Source: a virus
Length of the DNA: 64,000 bases
IMG/VR virus record: IMGVR_UViG_3300045988_087402
Reading direction: 5' to 3' (one strand)
A program made the translations under genes and the position numbers. Position 1 is the first letter of the stretch. Each line of letters starts with the position of its first letter. A model generated the notes under the pieces. That model ran no database searches. It was not told the DNA's origin and worked only from the letters and a program-made list of their open reading frames with translations. Below, one piece after another: positions 28,701 to 39,200 of the stretch.

Positions 28701-31700
28701 AATAATGATAAATTTAAAAAGGCTTTTACTTTTAAAGTTTCTAATATAGATATTATAAGTATAAGAGGTAGAGCTATAGAAGGAATTATTAATAATCTAA
28801 CTAAATATGCAAATGATAGAATTAATGAAGATAATCAGAAATTATATGATAGAGTTTATAATGAATTAAATTCCATATATGCTCAATCTGTATATGACGG
28901 AGAAATTCTTTTAATAAAAGATTATTTATATGATATATTTTATATAAATCTTCCTGCTAAATCTGCTGAAATAAATAATCAATTTAATAGTGAATATTTA
29001 GATAAATTTATAGATAATTTAGCTAAATACATAGAACGTTATATTTCTATTGATTTTACTAATGATAAATTTAAGTTTAAATATAATACAAATATTAATG
29101 AATTTATTAATACATTAGAGATATATTTTGATGAATTTGAAAGTCTATTAGCTAATAAGTTTTATACTCAATATACTCTTCAAGATTTTAGTGATTTAAA
29201 TAATGAATTAGCAAATAAGTTTAATTCTTTTAAAGAACAATTATTAAAAGATTATAATAAACAGCAAGAAGTTAGGAAAACTGAATTAGATAAAATTAGA
29301 GCTGAATTAGATACAGAAGAATCTGCAAATAAAGACTTTCTAAATGCTATAATAGATTTTATATCTTTTAGTAAATCTACTGATTCAAATATAGAAGATA
29401 GAGAAAATATATCTAAAAATGATTATAGATATTATGTAACTCCTGATAGATTAAATGCATATATCACCTTAGCAAATGTTATATCTAAATGGAAAGTATC
29501 TAATTCTTTTAATCCTAATAGAAAACTTTCATATACGGATATTTTATCTATTATATATAATACTCCGGAAGGTATTGAAAAAATAGATGATATTTATAAA
29601 TCTTTATGGAGAGCTTTAAAAGCTGCTTCTGATATTGATTCTATAGAATCTCTAAAAGATGAAATAAAAGAGAATGTTCCTAAAGAAAATTATAAAGAAT
29701 TTTTTAATATATTAGATACTATAGTAAATAATATAGTTCCTCCTATACGTTCTATCGAAAGTAAATATCTTGATAAATTTGATAATATTACTTCTGCTTA
29801 TATTAAAGATTTTAAGAAAACACATTTTCCAGAAAGAATCGAATATGGTACACATGAAGGTGTTCCTTTAAGTAATAATATAATATTCGATTCTCTTAAA
29901 TCTGCTATGGATTCTAAATCTAATAAAATAGAACATTTAATAAAAATCGAAGATAAAACTTATTCTCCTACCGAATTAATAAATATTTATAAAAATATTA
30001 CAAATGGTACACCTATAGCTGCTAAATATGATATTGAATCTAATATTGTAACTCTTACTGTTACTATTAACGGAAATACTGTACCTATTGGTAGTATTGG
30101 ATTATCCGACCACTTGAAAATCGGCAATTTAAAGGCATATAAAGAACTTAAAAATTCCGGTGGAACACTTATATACGACAGTTTTTTGGGTACGTCAGAT
30201 GGCTTAAAATCGACCTTAATAAGCCTATTACAAACGGTATCAAAAAGTCCCACTACATACGACTTAATACGTGAATATTTTAAAACTTATTTAAATGCTA
30301 AGACAAATAATACTACGACAGATAGCCTTACTATTGATATACTTAAAGATATTATAAGTAAATTAGATAAAATAGGTACACATAAAAATGCTGGAGGACA
30401 TTCTAATATAGTTAACGCTCTTATACAACTTTCTAATTATAATACGGAGAGAGAAGATACAGATGAAATAAATTATGAAGATTTATTTACTATCATTCAA
30501 CCTATGTTTTATGGTAGACTGAATATTATTGATTCTCTTAATAATAATTATTATGATTTAAAAAATAGTTATGAAATATTTAATAGTCGTGTTGGAGAAA
30601 GATTTAATCAATTAGAAACTCTTAGAAAAGCTATAATTAATAATCCTGATGCACCACTTATTATAACATATATAGGAAAACCTCGTATTAATTATAGTAA
30701 TGATAGACGTATAAAAAATAATATAAATGATTCTATTCAAAAAGATATAGAAGTTAATGGAAAACCTACTGTAGATATTATAGCAAGACAATTAACAAAT
30801 AATAGATATATTGTATCTTCATTAACCAGAAATGAAATAGTATCTGATGATGCTGCAAAGCGTACAATATATGACCCTAACAGAGGATTTGATTTTTATG
30901 TTAGAATAAAGTCGAATGGAACTGATACAGGTTTTAGTTATGTTCCTATTAAACTTACTACTGTAAATTCTGATACTGCATATTCAAGAGTTAGTAAAGA
31001 ATTTATTGAAGATGCTATTCGACAAATAATAACAGATAGGTTTCTAACTAATCTTTCTACAAGACAATCTAAAGATAATGTAATTGTTTCAGATTTAGTT
31101 AAGAAAGAATATAATAAAAAATATTTAAATCTTATTGATGATATAAGCGAAGCTATTATAGTTAATAATGGTGAAAAATCTAAGTTTCCTTGGTTTGATA
31201 CAAGTACACTTTATGATAATAAAAAAGAAGGTTTTGTAAGTAAAGATATTAAATTTATTATTAATAAGGACGATGAACATTCTTATGCTGTCTCTCTTAG
31301 AATTAATTATGAGCATGATATTGATGTAGATTCTCCGTCTATAATAAAGAATATAAAACTTACAGTTTATGATAGTAGAGAAAATCGTATAAAAGGTACT
31401 CCAAAAGATATATTTACTCAGACAGAATTATCTAAATACGGATTTGCTAAAAGAGATAGTAAAATAAATAAATCGGATGTTATTACATATAGTAAATCAG
31501 ATAAAAGTAAAACTATAACATTTGATGTTAATAATGATAATATAGAAAATTTTATTAAAAGTGGACTTATAGATATGTTAGTTGGTAATATGGTTCGTAA
31601 TGTAAAAACTGTATTAACAAATGGTTCATATACATATACTTCTAAAGCTACAGGAGCTTCATTTGGAAAATCATATAATGAAATAGATAAAAATAATATA

Positions 31701-33245
31701 ATAAAAGGAGATAATAATTCTAAAGTATTTAAGGGAACTTATACATCTCCTATTTTGGAGTGGGGTAAAGAAAAAGGTATATATAGTGGTAAAACTACTT
31801 TTGATTCTATACAAGATTTTTATCTTGATACAAAAGCATTAGTTACAAATATAATACCTATTAGAGATAATGTTACAAATGAAGTTGTAACTGATTATAA
31901 TCTTTTTAATGATTTACCGAGAATTTATGTAAAGATTGATAATCCTAATGCAGAAATTGAACAAACTAAACCTATAGAAACTATAAAAGAAGAAGAATTA
32001 AGTAAGAGTGTAAATATTATTGAAAATATTGCTTCTGCTAATGTATATTCTGAAGATAATTTTATTGATAAATTGAATAATGAATATGGTTTAACAAAAG
32101 ATACTTTTATAAATATAGGATTTATTAAAAGAAATACTACAGATGAAGTATTTAATATAATTAAAGATTTTATTGTAGAAACTGTAGATTCTGGTAAACC
32201 ATTTCCTTTAATTATAGTACATAATGTAGAAGATTATATTCGTATATTAAGAAGTCAAGGTTATATTGATGCATCTGATGATGAATTAACTAAAAATTAT
32301 AATATGATGGGAGCTTCTTATAGCGGTTATACATCAACTCCTTTTATATTAGTTAATCCAAAAATATTTAATACTACTAAACGAAATATTGGTAGTGGTA
32401 TATTTCATGAAATTATTCATCATAGAGTTGAAAAAGATACGGAAAATGATGTTATAACTGATGATGTAAAAGAGGCTTTAAATGATATAGTTAAAGATTT
32501 AGTAGAACGTAAAGAAGAAGTATTACGATATGATATAGAAGATTCTATTAAAAATAGTATATCAAAATCTTTAAAAGTAGCTTGTTATAATTCGGATGGA
32601 ACTATAAATGAAGATGTTGCATATCACGAACTCTTAGCTTATACATTATCTAATCCAAATTTAGCTGGTTATTTAAATAATATATATTATAAAGAAGAAA
32701 CTAATAGACCGAGTGAATCTATTTGGAAAAGAATTATTGATAATCTTCTTAAATTATTTGGTATAAAAGTTAATAATAATAGTGTACTTCAACAAATACA
32801 AAATGCTTTTGATGAAGGTTTTATGTTTATTGTTAATAGTGTAGAAGTTGAAAATAATGAAAATGCTACAAGCAAACAAACTTCGGAACGCCCTCCCGCC
32901 CTTGTGGCCAATAAACAAGCGTCAATAGATGACATTGATGTTACAACTCTATCGGATGAAGAATTTATGAATAATGGCGATGAATTGTTTTTACGAATAG
33001 ATTTCGCAATTTCTGATGAAACTACGAATGAAATTTCTGATGAAACTACGAATGAAGCTATAGAGCCAAAAGATGACACTTCTATATTGGCCACAAGGGC
33101 GGGAGGGCGTTCCGCTGTTCTTCCGACTAATTCTATAAATTCTTCTGACAATCGAAATAAATTATTATCTTTAAATATTGATACTAATATTATTGATTCT
33201 TTTAAGGATTCTTTTACTGATAGTTCTAATTTAAAAATATGTTAA
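25716..33245 (+). CDS. giant virion cargo/ejection protein with HExxH metallopeptidase-like motif
   Basis: 2509 aa. Long K/E-rich coiled-coil region. HEIIHH at nt 32406-32423. The C-terminus carries an in-frame inverted-repeat element (32884-33114). Confidence 0.5.
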   Translation: MGNKIGTPVSLNPVTVEDKPSTVIGTPVKISNPTGGQSFMQGFMSTSPRNFDISSYQKMMNNVDTNLPLNILNEERARYQSTGHLIGNSLIQLGGTIIGDIISGVGALFNFNKVGIEFIKDIVDTNYQPDWTTIMNKGVSGAIQDFGKSISEGSREIAPIYLTERAQRGGLAGGMGDKTWWAANFPTIGSAATSMIPIMGQMRALNYIGKSLSKVGNVSKIGRGINTLGRTITNNKVQATIGTLYGAHLDIMQEIVYDYDNQFQYAKNLGYSDEEAREFASIYASTAYKDAWAYGILFNAIELNSILKGTNRFSKTISEVDKTINKHIPDISRQGTKFTGISEEVVDLSKKTIFRATLGKSYDFFKTSISEGLEEMRTDIALKEGELEAKKYLDIYDPLNDMTFAKRLYSQVSDARNWDSFLWGMAGGAVMYAGKGILNKIRMPDSYKDYNKKLYEGIMNSLQDTINTIATFDGDLSIRTSLEEDPAITILAPLFNTLGAANAIVYGERLLDELGTMTSEELTAVYGSDKTELINTLREEFKIAKDIYVRNADITYNSKADDYIQNEMAGLEYLHNYYTRKFNEIETEIQRIKTLNDDLDIKRDNELKELDGRLYKLNSDKESLLNSIKFNEANSNAIDKFVNSKETSEKLNDLKREKESLEKEIKSIKQTIKSNNTRNDNIRRNLDRLNSLLLNSETDTEKEQYKTELKHNKNKLRDNSKNIDNLYIKEQALSGIETSIAYLNGEIESQLKRKEFNTKAIERAKSTIDMIDAQIDKYKESRGDIIKRYEEIRKDYDSIPRVKNITLEDLTKLRDNIFKQLSNYGNIQDHKEEFANNLKTAVESIIDIETKELERKEYKIEEDKKNTESEIKEEDEFNNRPTSIKTVLNEGEYITLTIDDLNRIRSFIIKGKKYDLNKIYNIRGKDVEIINIKDDNGIIKVTTPEGDILAVIFNMLSSRDNSGYSKTIYNAIDRFTKSNFENDFYDTLVDLDKALNNDKFKKAFTFKVSNIDIISIRGRAIEGIINNLTKYANDRINEDNQKLYDRVYNELNSIYAQSVYDGEILLIKDYLYDIFYINLPAKSAEINNQFNSEYLDKFIDNLAKYIERYISIDFTNDKFKFKYNTNINEFINTLEIYFDEFESLLANKFYTQYTLQDFSDLNNELANKFNSFKEQLLKDYNKQQEVRKTELDKIRAELDTEESANKDFLNAIIDFISFSKSTDSNIEDRENISKNDYRYYVTPDRLNAYITLANVISKWKVSNSFNPNRKLSYTDILSIIYNTPEGIEKIDDIYKSLWRALKAASDIDSIESLKDEIKENVPKENYKEFFNILDTIVNNIVPPIRSIESKYLDKFDNITSAYIKDFKKTHFPERIEYGTHEGVPLSNNIIFDSLKSAMDSKSNKIEHLIKIEDKTYSPTELINIYKNITNGTPIAAKYDIESNIVTLTVTINGNTVPIGSIGLSDHLKIGNLKAYKELKNSGGTLIYDSFLGTSDGLKSTLISLLQTVSKSPTTYDLIREYFKTYLNAKTNNTTTDSLTIDILKDIISKLDKIGTHKNAGGHSNIVNALIQLSNYNTEREDTDEINYEDLFTIIQPMFYGRLNIIDSLNNNYYDLKNSYEIFNSRVGERFNQLETLRKAIINNPDAPLIITYIGKPRINYSNDRRIKNNINDSIQKDIEVNGKPTVDIIARQLTNNRYIVSSLTRNEIVSDDAAKRTIYDPNRGFDFYVRIKSNGTDTGFSYVPIKLTTVNSDTAYSRVSKEFIEDAIRQIITDRFLTNLSTRQSKDNVIVSDLVKKEYNKKYLNLIDDISEAIIVNNGEKSKFPWFDTSTLYDNKKEGFVSKDIKFIINKDDEHSYAVSLRINYEHDIDVDSPSIIKNIKLTVYDSRENRIKGTPKDIFTQTELSKYGFAKRDSKINKSDVITYSKSDKSKTITFDVNNDNIENFIKSGLIDMLVGNMVRNVKTVLTNGSYTYTSKATGASFGKSYNEIDKNNIIKGDNNSKVFKGTYTSPILEWGKEKGIYSGKTTFDSIQDFYLDTKALVTNIIPIRDNVTNEVVTDYNLFNDLPRIYVKIDNPNAEIEQTKPIETIKEEELSKSVNIIENIASANVYSEDNFIDKLNNEYGLTKDTFINIGFIKRNTTDEVFNIIKDFIVETVDSGKPFPLIIVHNVEDYIRILRSQGYIDASDDELTKNYNMMGASYSGYTSTPFILVNPKIFNTTKRNIGSGIFHEIIHHRVEKDTENDVITDDVKEALNDIVKDLVERKEEVLRYDIEDSIKNSISKSLKVACYNSDGTINEDVAYHELLAYTLSNPNLAGYLNNIYYKEETNRPSESIWKRIIDNLLKLFGIKVNNNSVLQQIQNAFDEGFMFIVNSVEVENNENATSKQTSERPPALVANKQASIDDIDVTTLSDEEFMNNGDELFLRIDFAISDETTNEISDETTNEAIEPKDDTSILATRAGGRSAVLPTNSINSSDNRNKLLSLNIDTNIIDSFKDSFTDSSNLKIC
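32884..32912 (+). repeat. GC-rich element copy E (cggaacgccctcccgcccttgtggccaat), left arm of an intragenic inverted pair
   Basis: 29-nt perfect inverted repeat with 33086-33114. Variant of the element family (cgccctcccgccc instead of cacctctcgccc). Confidence 0.85.
33009..33056 (+). repeat. 24-bp tandem duplication (atttctgatgaaactacgaatgaa x2) inside the intragenic inverted pair
   Basis: Read directly. Encodes ISDETTNE x2 in the giant ORF. Confidence 0.9.
33086..33114 (+). repeat. GC-rich element copy F, right arm (reverse orientation)
   Basis: attggccacaagggcgggagggcgttccg is the exact reverse complement of copy E. Confidence 0.85.
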
Positions 33246-33248
33246 TCT

Positions 33249-36200
33249 ATGAATTATTGTAATATTATTCCGACTATTGGAGAAAGTAATACACCTTCTC
33301 ACGTATTTACTTCTGTATTAAATCTCGGTAATATTATTTCTACAGAAGATATACTTTCTATGGATATTAAAGCTAAATCTATTAGAGATTTAGCTACTTT
33401 AATATTTAAATATTCTCAATCTGCAAATATAATAAATAAAGGTTTTCCTACTTATGAAGATACAGGCGAAGTAAAACTTGAATATACACTTAAATATATA
33501 ATTGATAATCCTAATATATCTAATAGTAGTGCTAAAAGGATATATCAAAAAATGCTTGATTATTTAAAAGTAGATATTGAAACTTTATATAATCCTACTA
33601 TAAAATATAATGGAACTTTTTCGAGAACTGATTTAAATTATAGTAATGCAGTTCTTGTACAAATATATAATGAACTTATTGAAGAAATTCCTAATCTTCG
33701 TACTAAAAGTCAAATTACATTAAAGAAACTAATTCTTAATAGACTTTTAGAGAAAATGGCTCCTTATCGAGCTAATGATAATACTTGGGAACAATTTGTT
33801 AATGATTATTTTGAAGATGTTCTTAAAGTAGATTCTATAATTTGGAATGAGTTTATTACTTATTTATCTACTGAATATGGAATTAAATATTATAATGTTC
33901 AAAAAGATTTAACTCTTTCTGATATAGAAGGTACTTTTACTACCGATGGAGTTGAGGAAATATGGGATGCTTCAAGTCAAGATAAAATAAATAGAAAAAA
34001 TACTATAGCAGCTATTGTTAAAAATAAACTTGCTAAAATATTAAATGATGTTAATCACGGAGATTCTACTGTTAATAAACTTTATATTCCACTTCCTATG
34101 GATATAAATAGTTTATGGAATAGGTTAATAAATCTTCATATTTATGATAAAACTCGCGGAGATATTGTTGCGAGTTTAGAAAGAGTAATTCTTCAATTTA
34201 ATGATACTGAGAAGTTTACTGATAAAAGTAATATAATTGGTTTTCAAAAAATTTTAGATGAATTTCATAAAGCAGATGAGGGAATTGTCGATTCTCAAAA
34301 CTTTGTAAATGCTTATATAAGTGGTGTTGCTCTTGCTGTTATACCTGTTAATGCTATTGCATTAGACGTCGATTTTGTCGCCTCCATAATGACGCAAAAT
34401 AGGGCTTCTTTTGCATTCAATGTTTACTATGATAGATTTATATCGGTCATTCAAAATAATTTAAAATTCGGGTTGTATGACCCCTTTAATGAGGCGTCAG
34501 AGCGTGCCACCGTTATAACCGACAATGGGATATTAAATATAGATAAAACATTAGATAGTATAACAAATGCTATAAATGTTATTGGATTAGATATTAGTCA
34601 TAGAGCTTTATTATCTTATATAAATTCTCAATCCGATAAACAAGGTGCTCTTCAAGAAGTTTCTAATACTTTAAATTATATTTTAAAAGAGATAGATACT
34701 CTTAAAGGAAATAGGGATATAAATTACGAATCATCTACAGATAATAGAGGTGCTTTATATAGATTAGCTAATATTGCATCTTTAGATTTTGATTCTATTG
34801 GTAAATTGAGTTATTTAGATGTTCGAGGAGAACTTAATTATAGTCCTCAATATGAAAATTTATTAACTTCTCTATTCAGAGGTATAGCTGTAAGAGGTAA
34901 AGTTCGTGAAGATTATCTTAATTATAGATTTAAAGATTATCTTAATGACCCTACTTTAAAATTTGATAATCTACTTTGGTATGATGATGCTACTGGAATA
35001 GGCATATTTGAACATACGAAACGTGTCGACGGAGAAGGTTATAAATTAAATGATTCTTTTGTAGATAGATTAGCTAAAGGTGAAGAATTTATTATTAGTA
35101 AATTTGATGGTATAAGAATTTCTGAAGATTATAGTAGTAGAGGATATAAATATAAAAGTATTCAATCTACTACTTATAAATTTACAGAAATTCTTGCTAA
35201 TCTTATGGGACAATATATCTTTTTAACTTCGGATAGTCCTCGTAGTTATATGATTAGTGTAAGACATATAGATATTGATGATTTATATGTCAATGAAGTT
35301 ATTAATATTAAATCTAAAATATTTACAGCTTTAAGTAAGATTGTAGATAATAATTTACGAATATTTGAACTTTATGGTTCTCGTGTATTTAATATTGATT
35401 TGAATACTGATGAAGGTAAAGATTTAGCTACTTCTATTCATAATGTTAAATATTGGAATGGTAAAACTATTTTTGATAAAGATGGTATTCCTACAGGTAG
35501 AGCTTTTAAATTTTTAGATTTAACATATAATGATGGAAATGGTTCTGTAAATATTATAAAATATATAGCAAATGAAAATGGTGTTTCTGAATCAGATGTA
35601 TATAAAGAACTTGTTAAATCTGTAGTCAATGGTGTTATTTCTAAATATGATGTATCTTCATATATACCAGCTTTTGTAACTAAATATATACAATATGCTG
35701 AAAATAGTGCTGAATCTGATTTTGGAGATATAGCTGAATTAGTTAGTCGAGTATCTATTAAATTAGGAGATACAAGATTATCTTTAATAGAAGATTCAAG
35801 AAATGATGCTATAGATGAATTATATAATGATTATATAGAAGATTATAAAAATCGTCATAAACAAGAACCTTCTTTTAAACAAAAAGAAGTTTTATATGAA
35901 CGTTCAAAACGAGAAGTTTATGATACTAATACAGAAATTGGAAAAGAAGTTTATAAAAAAGCTATTTTAAAAATTATATTAAATAATGCTGTATATGGTA
36001 CTTCTTTTGATGGTCTTGTTTATGGCAAACTTAGTGAATATAAATCTACAATAGATTATAATAAACGTGGTACACAAATAGTTAAAACGGGTCTTAATTC
36101 TATAGATACAGGTAAACCTATAAAAATACTTGTTGTAGAAGATATGGAATTTGCATCAAATATTATTGATAAAATGTTTGTCGATAGTACAGATGTTACT

Positions 36201-39200
36201 GAATTAGCTATTAAAAAATCTTATGAAAAACCAGCTACTATAAATGATTCAATGTCTATCATAACAGATGTTAGATTTGAAGATTTATTGAAATCTACAG
36301 GAAGATGGGATGAATATAAGAAAATAGTAGCTGATTTAAGAGATGAAACTGAAAAATTTAATCCTTTTTTATATGATAAACTTATAGAACAATTAAAATT
36401 ATTTGGTGTAGCTCGTAGAAGAAGAGGTGATTTTCTTATTAAAGATACAGCTGTTTATGATGATTCTGGAAATATATTATCGGATATATTTGCAGATGAA
36501 GTAGATACTGTTCAGATAAAAGACTCTACAATAGTATTATTTAAATCTACAACTCGTGGTACGGCAATGGGTGATGTATATGATTATATGATAGATAATG
36601 ATATACAACAAATATCTCCTAAATCTGCTGTTAAAGTATCCGGTATAACACCTATTAAAATACATGATGACAAAGGTAGATTTGTAGCTCCTATTGTAGA
36701 TTCCAGAAGTCTTCTTAATATGAAGTCTTCTGATTTTGTTATACAGCAAGATGTAAAACCTGATATAATAGATGCTGAAGTTACTGTTCCTTCTCGATTA
36801 TTTAAAAATATATTAGGAACTCTTTCAGCAAGTCATTATACTGTAGACGGTAAATCTTATACTCCTTATGAATTTGCAAAAGAATTTAATACTATTGTTT
36901 CATCTACTATTCAAGAAGATGCTATAAGTGTTGCATACGAATTGGGAGCTATAGATGAAACCGGTAATATTCGTACAGATAATGTAGGTAATATACAACT
37001 TGATACAAGAAAACTTACAAAATATTTTCAAGATGTTGTTCAAGATGATAATTCAAGTATTAATATTAAAAAAGCTCTTGAATTAGATTCTGTTGGACAA
37101 CCTAAAATGCCTTTATCTTTTCCTGTTACATATAGGAAATTTGAAAGAATATTGGCTTCTAAATTTACTAAAGATGTAATATATAGAAAACTTCCCGGAT
37201 TTCATGCTCCTTTAAGAGCTGATATATTTACTGCATCTAATAGTTTAATTTCTCGTGAACAATACCTCGATAAAGATAGTTATGATAAAGCTATTGAAGA
37301 TTTATATGAAAGGGGTATTATAACTTATTCAAGAGATTTTATAGATAGATGTAAAGCTGAAGGTAGAAGTCTTGAATTAAGAGCTGAATACGGTTATGAT
37401 GAAAATGGTGAATTAATATATAAAGCAGAAGTTATAGCAAATCCTTGGTTAAAAGAGTTCTTTGATACCATACCTATTATAAGAAGAGTTGATATGGGCG
37501 ATGGTGTATATAAAGAATTTTTAAGTGTTGATATAGATGCTATACCTATTGAAGCAAGAACTATGTTTGGAGGTAGGATACCTTCTGAAGGTTTAATGTC
37601 TCTTGTAGTTTTTGAAATAGTAGGATTTTTAAATACTGGTGCAACTCAAGCTATATTTCCTCAAAGTCTTATTACACGAACAGGTTGGGACTTTGATATA
37701 GATACTATTTATGCTTATGCTAAACATATTAATTTTAATGGAGAATCATATACTATTCCAAAATATGATAGTAAAATGATTTCTGAAATTAATGAAAATC
37801 TATCTAAATATTATGCTTTAAAAGATATATTAAAAGAAAGTCTTGAAATTATAAAAGTGACTAAGAGTGATACAGATACTTCACTTAATAGTCCAGCTTT
37901 TAAGATATTAACTAAATATTTTATTAAACTTTATTCTTCTGATAGTAATACAGATGTTTCTTTAGATTCTATTATTCCGACTTTAGATAGTATTCTTGCT
38001 ACTATATCTAATAAAGAAAGTATAGAATATAAGAATATTTTACGTATAAAAACTTATGTTCAAGAATCTATACCTTCTATTGTATCAAGAGTTAAAGTTA
38101 ATTTTACAAATCTTATTAATACAGCTCGTGAATATACAGAAGCTATAGAATATTTAAAATATATTAAACAAAGAGATTTAACACAAGAAGAACGAATTGA
38201 TTTAAATCCGGGAATAGATAATAATTATGTTCAAAATAAACGACGTATGTTTAATGAACTTTTATTATCTATTGAAAGAGATATTAAAACTACTAATAAA
38301 ATATTTAATAAAATTAAAACTTTAATTAATAGTATAGATATAACTTCTAAAGATAGTGATAATATTATATCTATAAATGATTATTATACTGTTAAAGATT
38401 TTTTTGAACCTTTTATTAAAGGTAGTATTAAAAATGATAGTGGTAAAGTTATAAATATATTTTCTATATTTGATAATATAGAAGAAAAGATTAACAGACA
38501 ATATACAGGTCTTAAAGAATCTAAAGGATATGATTTTGAAGATATAAGTGAATCTGTTACTATAAGTCGTCAGGCTCGTGATAATAGAATTATAGATATG
38601 GTAATATCTGTATTATCTAATAAAAATCATAGAATTGATATTGATAAACCTAATAGTTTTGATAATATATCTGCTGTTTCAGCAAGAGATAATGCTTTAT
38701 GGGGTAAATCTAATAATGGATTAAATCCCCACAATTTAGCTGATAAAATATCTTTAAATATTAGTAGTATGTCATCTACTATATTAAAGGGATATTCTAT
38801 TAATACAGATGGTAATATAGCTATATTAGGTAATCTTCATGCTAAACTTAATAATCCTGTTAGAAGAATAATTTCTATAGATTCTTTACCTAATAATGTT
38901 ACAAAAGAAGTATTAGATTCTGTATTAGGAAGTGATAATTGGAGTTACACAGAAGATGGAAGATATGTTATAGTAGAGGATGTATGGGTTGGTAATAATG
39001 CTTCTAATACTTTTACTGATTTATCTGGTGAAAGAATTAATATGCAACTTACTGAAGTAACAGCTGCTATTCTTGATGTATTAAAGTCTGAATTAATGTT
39101 CAATTTAAATCTCGATACCATTGGTGTATTTAGACTTTTATCACAAGGTTGTGTTACTGAATTATATAATGGTAAACCTAATAGATTTAGTTATGCTTCT

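Noticed and set aside
32789-33151. 120-aa minus-strand ORF overlapping the C-terminus of the 2509-aa gene
   Set aside because: It exists only because the inverted-repeat element is palindromic, so its peptides mirror ERPPALVAN/LATRAGGRS. Almost certainly not a gene.
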